Assembly: GCA_038087875.1 (NCBI GenBank)
Contig: JAXLNO010000627.1
Location: forward strand, 544,776-564,775
Source: Malacoraja senta
Lineage: Eukaryota
Length of the DNA: 20,000 bases
Direction of reading: 5' to 3'
A program made the position numbers and the translations under genes. Shown here one piece after another: positions 10,735 through 19,874 of the stretch; the stretch's first letter is position 1; the number at the start of each line of letters is the position of its first letter. Below the pieces are notes generated by a model. It ran no database searches. It saw only the letters and a list, made by a program, of their open reading frames with translations, and was not told the DNA's origin.

Positions 10735-11055
10735 AGTCACACAGCACAGGAACAAGCCCTTTGTCCCACTGAGCCTGCACTGTCCATCAAACACCCATTT
10801 ATACTGATCCTGTACTAACCCCTGTTTGTTCTCCCCACATTTCTATCAGCTGTCCTCCAGATTCTAGCTCCCACCTACAAATTTGGGATATTTTCAAACT
10901 ACCATCCGCACGTCTTTGGGATGTGGGAGGAAACACAAGCATCTGGGGGAATCCTACATGCCACAGGACGACATGCAAACTCCACACAGATGGCCCTAGA
11001 ATTGAATCCAGCTGACTGGAGTATGAGGTAGCAGCACTTCCTCCTGTGGCAGTGA
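10735..11055 (-). mobile_element. V-SINE (HE1-like) with a CR1-derived tail
   Basis: Reverse complement of the V-domain (tgtgggaggaaac...acatgcaaactccacacaga), a tRNA-like head near 11000-11055, and a CR1-type tail cacagcacaggaacaagccc. Confidence 0.8.
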
Positions 11056-11074
11056 CAGATGCAGAGAGAGTGTC

Positions 11075-12178
11075 CACAACAGTTTGATGGAACAGACTAA
11101 TGCTGTCCATCAATGCAAGACTTGGGGTTGTCGTAGTAGGAGATTTTAACTTTCCCAATAAAGACCTGCATTATCATAGTGCCAAAAGCTTAGATGGGTT
11201 GAAATTTGTCAAATGAGTTCAGGAAAGGTTTCTCAGGCAATATGTAGAGGGCTCTACAAGTGAGAGGGCAAAGCTTGATCTACTCTTAGGAAAATGGGAA
11301 GGGCAAGCAACTGACGTGTCAGTAGGCAAATGTTATGGGACCAGCAACCACTGTTCCATTAGCTTAAAAATAGTTATGGATAAGGATAAGGCGGGCCCAC
11401 AAGTTAGTCCTGAATTGGGGAAAGGCCAACTTTGATGGTATTAGACGGGAATTTGCAAAGGTTGATTTGAGTAGGTTGTTTTGGGGCAAGGGGATGTGTG
11501 GAAAGTGACAGCGAGGGCTCAGGGCATGCATGTTCCTGTTAGAGTGAAGGGTAAGGCAGGTGGGAGTAAGGAAGCTTGGATGACAAGCGGAATTGAGGCT
11601 CTGGTTAGGAAAAATGAGGCCACATGGACGATGTCAAAGTAGCTGAGATTGTCTGTTCCTGGATGAATTTTGGGGAATGAGGAGGAAAATCAGGAGGCCA
11701 AAACGGGACAGGAGATAGTTTTGGCTGATAAAATCAAGAAAAATCCTGAGATTTTATTTAAATACATTAATGGAAACAGAATAACTACAAAAAATAAGGC
11801 CTCTCAGAACCCAAAATGGTCATCCTTGTGTGGAGTAGCAGGAAATGGACATGGATGGACAGGTTTGGACTTTATTCCTCGGAGCGCAGGAGGCTGAGGG
11901 ATGATCTTAGAGAGATGCATAATACAGAGAGGGAAATAGATAGGGTGGATGCACAGTCTTTTACCTGTAACTGTTTCACTCTGAGGGTAGCGGTTACATG
12001 GAATGAGATGCCAGAGGATGTTGTTGAGGCAGGTACTATAACAGCATTAAAAGGATATTTGCACAGATACATGGGTAGTAAAGGCTAAGAGTGATATGGG
12101 CCAAAGCAGGGCAAATAGGACTAGCTGAGATGGGGCATCTTGGTCAGTGTGGATGAGTCGGGCCAAAGACCATGTTTT
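11075..12178 (+). mobile_element. Decayed CR1 ORF2: endonuclease region joined near 11850 to the 3' end (RT deleted)
   Basis: VVVVGDFNFP (~11125), LADKIKKNPEILFKYINGNR, then MDRFGLYSSERRRLRDDL...WNEMPEDVVEAGT. Confidence 0.82.
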
Positions 12179-12399
12179 AATTCTTGCTTGCATACCCAAG
12201 GTATGCAAGCAAAGAATTTCACTGTGACTTGTCACATGTGATAATAAAGTATTCTCCCGATCTCCCCTTTTTCTCCTCTTCCTCTTCTCTTTGTGCAAAT
12301 GCTCAGTGTTTACTCTCTCACTATTGTCTTCAATTTATGTGCGCTGAGGTACAGTAAAATTATCGAATGCAGAGAGAGAGAGACAGAGAGACAGACAAT

Positions 12400-12735
12400 G
12401 GTTGGAGAAGCTCTTCCACACAACTCGTCCATGCTGACCAAGTTGCCTCCTCTTAGCTAGTCCCATTTTCCGGCATTTCATCCACACCTCTCTAAGCCTT
12501 ACCTTTCCATGCACCTATCCAAATGTCTTTTAAACACTGTTATACTACCTGCCTCAATTACTTTCTTTGGCAGCTCGTTCCACATACATACCACCCTCTG
12601 GGTGAAAAAAACTGCCTTTCAGGTCCCTATTAAAACTTTCTCCTCTCACCTTAAACCTATGCCCTCTATTTCTTGATTCTTCAGCCCTGTGTGCCTATCT
12701 ATCCTACTCATGATTTTATACACCTCTGCAAGATT
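12400..12735 (-). mobile_element. CR1 3' end
   Basis: ggcagctcgttcca, accaccctctgggtgaaaaaa and ctcaccttaaacctatgccctct are antisense CR1 C-terminal motifs. Confidence 0.8.
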
Positions 12736-12975
12736 TTGGAAAAGTGGCAAAGATAGAGAAAGTATGCTCACCTTCATTGGTCGGGGGATGGAGTATGAGT
12801 CAGGAAGTCATGAAGCAACTCTATAAGACTTTGGTTCGGCCACATTTGGAGTAATGCAGTTCTGGTTGCTCCTTTACAGAAGGATGTGGAGGGTTTGGAG
12901 AGGGTATAAAAGTGGGTACGGAATGCTGTCTGCATTAGAGGGTTTCACCTGCAAGGAGAGCTTGGACAAACTTGG

Positions 12976-13191
12976 TATGTGTTGGAAGAAACTGCAGATG
13001 CTGATTTACACCGAAGATAGACACAACATGCTGGAGTAACTCAGAGGGACAGGCAGCATCTCTGGATAGAAGGAATAGGTGACGTTTCGGGTCAAGACCC
13101 TTCTTCAGTCTCGACCCCAAATTTCACCCATTCCTTCTATCCAGAGATGCTGCCTGTCCCGCTGAGTTACTCTAGAATTTTGTGTCTATAT
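12976..13191. mobile_element. Palindromic Penelope-derived mini-element with a perfect 14-bp TSD
   Basis: TSD ttggacaaacttgg at 12962-12975 and 13192-13205. Arms ~13015-13100 and ~13108-13190 are reverse complements. Confidence 0.9.
13081..13108 (-). ncRNA. Minimal type I hammerhead ribozyme core (Penelope-type)
   Basis: The minus strand reads CUGAAGA-A-GGGUC-UU-GACCC-GAAACGUC: CUGANGA and GAAA boxes, stem II, palindromic ACGU and a GUC cleavage triplet. Confidence 0.72.
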
Positions 13192-13513
13192 TTGGACAAA
13201 CTTGGATTGTTTTCTTTCGAACAGATAAAAATAATTATGAGATGCGCAGATAGGGTAGACAGTCAGAAAATTTTCCCCAGGGTGGAAATAGACTAGTGGA
13301 CATTGCTTTAAAGTGAGAGGGGTAAAGCTTAAGGAGATGTACAGGGCAAGACTTTTTACACAGAGGGGGGTGGGTGCCTGGAACACGCTGCTGGAGGTTG
13401 TGCTGGAAATAGTGTCATTTAAGAGGCTTTTAGATGGGCACATGAGTATTGAGAGAATGGAAGGAGATAGTTCATATGCAGGCAGAGGAGGTTAATTTAC
13501 CTTGGCATCATGT

Positions 13514-14200
13514 TTGGCTTTTAAAAATTGTGGGCCACGGCGTCTGTTCCTATGCTGTACTTTTCTATGTTCCATGATCAACCCTCATCCTTGTACAATC
13601 TTCCAAGGAACAAAGTCCCAGCAGCCCGACCTCTCCCTATGACTCAGTCCCTCGAGTCCTGGCAACATTCTTGTAAATCTTTTCTGCACTCTTTCCGGCG
13701 TAATTACATCTTTGGTGTCGCTCTAATATTTAGGTTCAGATTTTTGGAGTGGGAATTGAACCCACAAGCCTGCAGCTTGAATGTAATGGCACCTGCACTC
13801 TGCCTGAGCAGATCAGATAAATAGCCCGGCATGGACCAGAGCTCTCTCCAACCTCTTTGGCATTGAAATTGTGGGCCGAGGCGGCTGTTCCTGTGCTGTA
13901 CTTTTCTATGTTCCATGATCAACCCTCAATGTTGTACAATCTTCAAAGGAACAAAGTCCCAGCCTTCCTAACCTCTCCCTGTAACTGTCCCTCGAGTTCT
14001 GGCAACATCCTCGTAAATCTTTTCTGCACTTTTTCCAGCTTAATTCCATCTTTTGTGTCATCCAAAGTGTTGGCCTCAGATTTATAGAGTGGGAATTGAA
14101 TCCACAAGCCTTCAGCTCGGAGATAATGGCACCAGCACTCTGCCTGAGCAGAGCAGATAAATGCCCCAGCGTGGACCAGTGGGGCTGAATGGTCTGTCTC
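13514..14200. repeat. Two-copy tandem duplication (period 341 bp) of a composite of CR1 tail, antisense CR1 and antisense tRNA-SINE head
   Basis: aaattgtgggcc at 13525 and 13866. Shared gctgtacttttctatgttccatgatcaaccctca, gagtgggaattgaa and gcactctgcctgagcaga. Confidence 0.9.
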
Positions 14201-14494
14201 TGTGAACTGATAAAACTCTCTGCGATTTCCTTTCTATTCCAGTTCCCATATACATACAGTGTCACATACTGATCCAGTACTAACCTGGCAAGGATTTATG
14301 CAGTGGCTACTCTCTCTCCCTCGCCTATTGTCCATTGCATTTCCAATACAAAGCTCAGTGCTGAACGCAGAGCTACTGGTGAACTGACTAGTGTTTATAC
14401 CCGTCGTCTCTTAACACCTATGTCCATTTTTGTTCCAGTATACGTAGCCCTCTGTGTGATAATAATAGTCCAATGGAACATGGTTATCTAAGTT

Positions 14495-15154
14495 TACAAC
14501 AAGATCCAGATCGGTTAGGAAGGTGGGCAAGGAATAGCAGATGGGATTTAACTCTGGCAAATGTGAGGTGTTGCATTTTGGTTTGTCAAACCAGGGCAGG
14601 ACTTACACAATAACTGGTAGAGGCCCTGGAGAATGGTGCGGAACACAGAGATCTGGGCATGCAGGTTAACTGTTGCCTTCGAGTGGTGAGCCAGGTGGAT
14701 AGATCGGTGAATAAGGTATTTGGCACACTTGGCTTCATTATGAAGGGTATTGAGCACATGAGGTGGGACATCATGATACAGCTGTGTAAGTGTTTGGTGA
14801 GAGCACACCAAGAGTACTGTGTGCAGTTATGGTCGCCCAGCTACAGGAATGATGTCATTGAGCTGGTAATGTTACTGAAGAGATTCACCAGGATGTTGCC
14901 TGGGCTTGCGGGTTTGAGTTAGAGAGGTTGGATAAGCTGGGATTTTTTTCTTTGGGGTGTAGGAGACTGAGAGGTGATGTTAGTGAGATGTACAAGATCA
15001 TGAAGAGCAGAGATAAAGTGAACGTTCACAGTCTTTTTCCCAGGGTAGAGGATGCTAAAACTAGAGGGCATATGCTTAAAGTGAGAAGGAAGAGGGACTT
15101 TGGGGCATCTTTTTCACTCAGAGGGCAGTTCATATCTGGAATGAGCTGCCAGAG
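14495..15154 (+). mobile_element. Old CR1 ORF2 C-terminal fragment, ending abruptly at the ERV junction
   Basis: KCEVLHFG, LVRAHQEYCVQLWSP, RRLRGDVSEMYKIM, TRGHMLKV. Stops at tggaatgagctgccagag (WNELPE). Confidence 0.9.
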
Positions 15155-15290
15155 AATGGCCTGGGTGCATTTGCACCATTGTAAAGTGTTTGGTGACACC
15201 AAGCAAAGGGGGGAGGTCGAGGTCAGGGAGAGGGATCCGGTTGAAGTCAGGGAGAGGGATCCGGTCCACGAAAAGTATGGTACGAATTAA
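15155..15290 (+). pseudogene. pol: Last ~45 codons of retroviral pol (integrase C-terminal domain tail)
   Basis: AWVHLHHCK (15159-15185) resembles the WIH..HCK/WIHASHVK end of gamma/epsilon-type integrases. Stop TAA at 15288-15290, upstream of env. Confidence 0.72.
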
Positions 15291-15310
15291 TTTTGCTATG
15301 AAATTGCACG

Positions 15311-15342
15311 TTCTTTTCTTTTCCCCTCCCTTGTGTTCGCAG
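15311..15342 (+). promoter_or_regulatory. env splice acceptor
   Basis: Long pyrimidine tract ttcttttcttttcccctcccttgtgttcgcAG, 44 nt before the env ATG. Confidence 0.75.
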
Positions 15343-15386
15343 ATATGAAATAAACCGTGTTCGCAGATACGAAATAAACTGCTAAG

Positions 15387-17069
15387 ATGAGGGTCTACGT
15401 GGCATTAATATGTGTGACGACCACAGTAGGGTTAATCAGTTACGGTTGGAAATGGACAAAGCCTGAATACGGACGGAACAAACGAGAAAAGAAAGGGGAA
15501 CGAGAAAACTCCAATCTATTTATTCAGGCACACAACGAGCTATTCGGGAAGGGGCAGGTGGTTTGTTATCCACGAATGACATCAGTTACCTCCCTGTTTA
15601 CCCCATCCCCTGCATGGGGCAGAACTGAACGACTGGTGAAGTGCCAGGACAAAAAAAACGGTCCCTGTCAAGCCCGTTATCATCAGCTATGATAGGCTTC
15701 ACGCTCCACCGGCTAACTGCTTAGTGCTCCCTAAGAACAATAACCACTCCTACGACAATTGCTATCATGGATCTAGGACGGCGTCAAGAGCACCGGCTAG
15801 GCCATGTAACTTCACCACCAATAATGACAAGAGGCAATATGAAAATTGTTTTAGTAACCAAGGACACGGGTGTATAGTCATAAATGTTAAAAAATAACCT
15901 CACTTGCGCTCTGCAAGGGCTCGTTCCCGGCTCCGCATGTAACCTTACCTATAAAGGAGTCCAATGTAAGGTGTATAAGGAATGTTTCCCTGTAAATGCT
16001 GGATTTCAGCTGTTGTGTGGCTGGGCTAACGGGACCCATCTGACGGTAGGATCCCATCACCTGCCAATCCCCAGTTAGCAATGGGATCGGTGAAGCGTGG
16101 AGGGACTGGTCTGGAGGGGGAGAAGACATTAATACTCGAAGGGGCTGTAATGGATCATTATATACGGAGGAACGATATTACTTCTTTAATGGGAAAGGAA
16201 CCAATGTCCTAAAACTCCCTTTCCCCAAGAACGTGGCAGTTGGAGCATTGGTGCCAACCACGGTACCTTGTCCCGAGCAATGGACTAAACCCATGGCTCG
16301 GGTTCATCGAAGGGCGGTATCGGCAGAGTTTTGCGCGCAATGGAGAAATCCAGGGATCAGGAGAACTACCCACGGACATTCCATCGGATGGGGATTATTA
16401 AGCATGCTAACCATGGGAGGAGTGGGTGGAGGTGAAGCAGCCAAAAACCGAAATTACCTTGTTTGCGGCCTGACAATTTTGGGCAATGCAACAACCGGAG
16501 CCTTGGAGGCAGTAAACACCCAGATATCCGAAATGAGGATGTTTTCCCTACAAAATAGATATGCGCTCGATTACTTATTGGCTAGAGGAGGGGGGACCTG
16601 TACCGTCATAAAAGGGAAATGTATGATGGGGGTTCAAGACAGGACTAGCAACATCACCCAAGATCAGAAAGAGATTACCACCTTTTTGGATGGAATAAAT
16701 GAAAACCAGGGATGGGGGAATTGGGGATTTGGGGGATTATATAACTGGATTATCAGCATGGCCATCTATGCTGCTATAGTAGTTACTTGTTTATTTGTGG
16801 GGATTGCCATTGTGAAATGTATCATAGCCCGATTACTGGCGGCTTTATCGGGTTTGGGGACCACCCCCGAGGAAGCAAAAAATTCTGTACGAATGATGAT
16901 ATTACAGCGTGAGCAGGAGAGACTGTTACTGTTCCCCAACGACAGCGAAGACGATGAAGTGAGTGAGGAAGGAGAATTGAAGGAAAAGGGCCGGACGGTC
17001 CAAGAGGCCGTGGCCAGGGAACTAGAAAGTTACGAGATTCGGCGAATGGGACTTTTTAATGGACTATGA
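15387..17069 (+). pseudogene. env: Retroviral envelope glycoprotein with a filovirus GP2-like TM; ~559 aa after removing three +1 frameshifts
   Basis: Signal peptide MRVYVALICVTTTVGLIS; Cys- and sequon-rich SU across three frames; RVHRR cleavage site (16299-16313); ISD LQNRYALDYLLARGGGTC (16548-16601); membrane anchor ~16746-16814; 84-aa tail. Confidence 0.92.
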
Positions 17070-17088
17070 GTGTTGCCATAAGAATGGC

Positions 17089-17100
17089 AAAAGGGGGGAA
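17089..17100 (+). other. Polypurine tract
   Basis: aaaaggggggaa directly followed by TGTG, 20 nt after the env stop. Confidence 0.85.
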
Positions 17101-17171
17101 TGTGAATGTAACTCTTGAATAAACGCTGTAAGATTGTTCTGTGAAGGTAAAATGGTTTGGCCAGGTGGACT
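17101..17171 (+). repeat. Start of the 3' LTR (U3), cut by the CR1
   Basis: Begins with TG right after the PPT and is non-CR1 sequence up to ggagggatagacag. Confidence 0.7.
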
Positions 17172-19874
17172 GGAGGGATAGACAGAAAGGAAAAGGAGGT
17201 GGGGTAGCGTTGCTGGTTAGAGAGGAGATTAACGCAGTGGAAAGGAAGGACATTAGCTTGGAGGATGTGGAATCCGTATGGGTAGAGCTGCGAAACACTA
17301 AGGGGCAGAAAACGCTGGTGGGTGTTGTGTACAGGCCACCTAGCAGAGTAGTGAAGTTGGGGATGGCATCAAACAGGAAATAAGAAATGCGTGCAACAAA
17401 GGCAAAACAGTTATAATGGGTGACTTCAATCTACATATAGATTGGGTGAATCAAATTGGCAGGGGTGCTGAGGAAGAGGATTTCTTGGAATGTATGCGGG
17501 ATAGTTATCTAAACCAACATGTAGAGGAACCAACGAGAGAGCAGGCTATTCTAGACTGGGTATTGAGTAATGAGGAAGGGTTAGTTAGCAGTCTTGTTGT
17601 GCGTGCCCCCTTGGGCAAGAGTGACCATAATATGGTTGAGTTCTTCATTAGGATGGAGAGTGACATTGTTAATTCAGAAACAACGGTTCTGAACTTAAAG
17701 AAAGGTAACTTTGAGGGTATGAGACATGAATTGGCCAAGATTGACTGGCAATTAGTTCTAAAAGGGTTGACGGTGGATATGCAATGGAAGGCATTTAAAG
17801 ACTGCATGGATGAACTACAAAAATTGTTCATCCCAGTTTGGCAAAAGAATAAATCAGGGAAGGTAGTGCATCCGTGGATAACAAGGGAAATCAGGGATAG
17901 TATCAAAGCAAAAGATGATGCGTACAAATTAGCCAGAAAAAGCAGCATACCAGAGGACTGGGAGAAATTCAGAGACCAGCAGAGGAGGACAAAGGGCTTA
18001 ATTAGGAAAGGGAAAATAGATTATGAAAGGAAACTGGCAGGTAACATAAAAACTGACTGCAAAAGTTTTTATAGATATGTGAAGAGAAAGAGATTAGTTA
18101 AAACAAATGTAGGTCCCTTGCAGTCAGAAACAGGTGAATTGATCATGGGGAACAAGGATATGGCGGACCAATTGAATAACTACTTTGGTTCCGTCTTCAC
18201 TAAGGAAGACATAAATAATCTGCCGGAAATAGCAGGGGGCCACGGGTCAAAGGAGATGGAGGAACTGAGTGAAATCCAGGTTAGTCGGGAAGTGGTGTTG
18301 GGTAAATTGAATGGATTAAAGGCCAATAAATCACCAGGGCCAAATAGGCTACATCCCAGAGTACTTAAGGAAGTAGCTCCAGAAATAGTGGATGCATTAG
18401 TGATAATTTTTCAAAACTCTTTAGATTCTGGAGTAGTTCCTGAGGATTGGAGGGTAGAAAACGTAACCCCACTTTTTAAGAAGGGAGGGAGAGAGAAAAC
18501 AGGGAATTACAGACCAGTTAGTCTAACATCGGTAGTGGGGAAACTGCTAGAGTCAGTTATTAAAGATGGGATAGCAGCACATTTGGAAAGTGGTGAAATC
18601 ATTGGACGAATCTTATAGAATTTTTCGAGGATGTAACTAGTAGAGTGGATAGGGGAGAACCAGTGGATGTGTTGTATCTGGACTTTCAGAAGGCTTTCGA
18701 CAAGGTACCACATAAGAGATTAGGATACAAACTTAAATCACACGGTATTGGGGGTTCAGTATTGATGTGGATAGAGAACTGGCTGGCAAACAGGAAGCAA
18801 AGAGTAGGAGTAAACGGGTCCTTTTCACAATGGCAGGCAGTGACTAGTGGGGTACCGCAAGGCTCAGTGCTGGGACCCCAGCTATTTACAATTTATATTA
18901 ATGATCTGGACGAGGGAATTGAAAGTAACATCTCCAAGTTTGCGGATGACACTAAGCTGGGGGGCAGTGTTAGCTGTGAGGAGGATGCTAGGAGACTGCA
19001 AGGTGACTTGGATAGGCTGGGTGAGTGGGCAAATGTTTGGCAGATGCAGTATAATGTGGATAAATGTGAGGTTATCCACTTTGGTGGCAAAAACGGGAAG
19101 GCAGACTATTATCTAAATGGTGGCCGATTAGGAAATGGGGAGATGCAGCTAGACCTGGGTGTCATGGTACACCAGTCATTGAAAGTAGGATGCAGGTGCA
19201 ACAGGCAGTGAAGAAAGCGAATGGTATGTTGGCCTTCATAGCAAGAGGATTTGAGTATAGGAGCAGGGAGGTTCTACTGCAGTTGTACAGGGTCTTGGTG
19301 AGACCACACCTGGAGTACTGCGTACAGTTTTGGTCCCCAAATCTGAGGAAGGACATTATAGCCATGGAGGGAGTGCAGAGAAGGTTCACCAGACTGATTC
19401 CTGGGATGTCAGGACTTTCATATGAAGAAAGACTGGATAGACTTGGCTTATACTCGCTAGAATTTAGGAGATTGAGAGGGGATCTTATAGAAACGTACAA
19501 AATTCTTATGGGGTTGGACAGGCTAGATGCAGGAAGATTGTTCCCGATGTTGGGGAATTCCAGGACAAGGGGTCACAGCTTAAGGATAAGGGGGAAATCC
19601 TTTAAGACCGAGATGAGGAAAAACTTTTTCACACAGAGAGTGGTGAATCTCTGGAACTCTCTGCCACAGAGGGTAGTTGAGGCCAGTTCATTGGCTATAT
19701 TTAAGAGGGAGTTAGATGTGGCCCTTGTGGCTAAGGGGATCAGGGGGTATGGAGAGAAGGCAGGTACGGGATACTGAGTTGGATGATCAGCCCTGATCAT
19801 ACTGAATGGCGGTGCAGGCCCGACGGGCCGAATGGCCTACTCCTGCACCTATTTTCTATGTATCTATGTATCTA
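17172..19874 (+). mobile_element. Young 5'-truncated CR1 LINE (ORF2 endonuclease and RT, 3' UTR)
   Basis: KGGGVALLV, VYRPP, MGDFN, SDHN, NYRPVSLTS, YLDFQKAFDKVPH, GVPQGSVLGP, FADD. 3' hairpin ggtgcagg/cctgcacc (19811-19849) and (tctatgta)n tail. Frameshifts near 17348, 18607 and 19190. Confidence 0.97.

Larger units (their letters stand above)
12750..13572 (+). mobile_element. CR1 3' region interrupted by the palindromic element at 12976-13191
   Basis: RPHLE...QFW, ESLDKLG|LFS across the insertion, LFTQRGVGAWNTL, and a ctgtacttttctatgttccatg tail. Confidence 0.85.
15155..17171 (+). mobile_element. 5'-truncated endogenous retrovirus (pol tail, env, PPT, start of 3' LTR)
   Basis: Canonical order: integrase C-terminal motif, splice acceptor, class I fusion env with ISD, PPT aaaaggggggaa, then TG. 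Confidence 0.9.

Noticed and set aside
3368..13191. Recurring gctggagtaactcag...ggcagcatct repeats as a CRISPR-like array
   Set aside because: They are dispersed in both orientations without regular spacers, in eukaryotic context. They are Penelope pLTRs.
14436..14491. VYVALCVIIIV resembling the env signal VYVALICV, or a TM exon after ttttgttccag
   Set aside because: The match is very short with no extension, there is no convincing donor, and the frame is ambiguous.
15191..15208. tggtgacacc as a tRNA-Trp primer-binding site
   Set aside because: It matches only the first ~10 nt, has no LTR ending in CA before it, and lies within the pol tail frame.
15651..15658. A8 run as an Ebola-like editing site producing a secreted 101-aa sGP analogue
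   Set aside because: Filovirus editing needs viral L polymerase stuttering, whereas a provirus is transcribed by Pol II. Two further frameshifts would remain.
15387..17069. Endogenous filovirus or arenavirus element
   Set aside because: The integrase tail, splice acceptor, PPT and TG-starting LTR indicate a retrovirus, and the SU is not recognisably filoviral.
17141..17383. ORF starting in the LTR and running into the CR1 endonuclease as a fusion gene
   Set aside because: It has a non-ATG start, is a chance in-frame junction, and ends at a frameshift.
14495..19874. A single env-carrying LINE
   Set aside because: The two flanking CR1s differ in decay and overlap in ORF2 coverage. The downstream one is truncated in the endonuclease and separated from env by the PPT and LTR, so nesting explains the layout.
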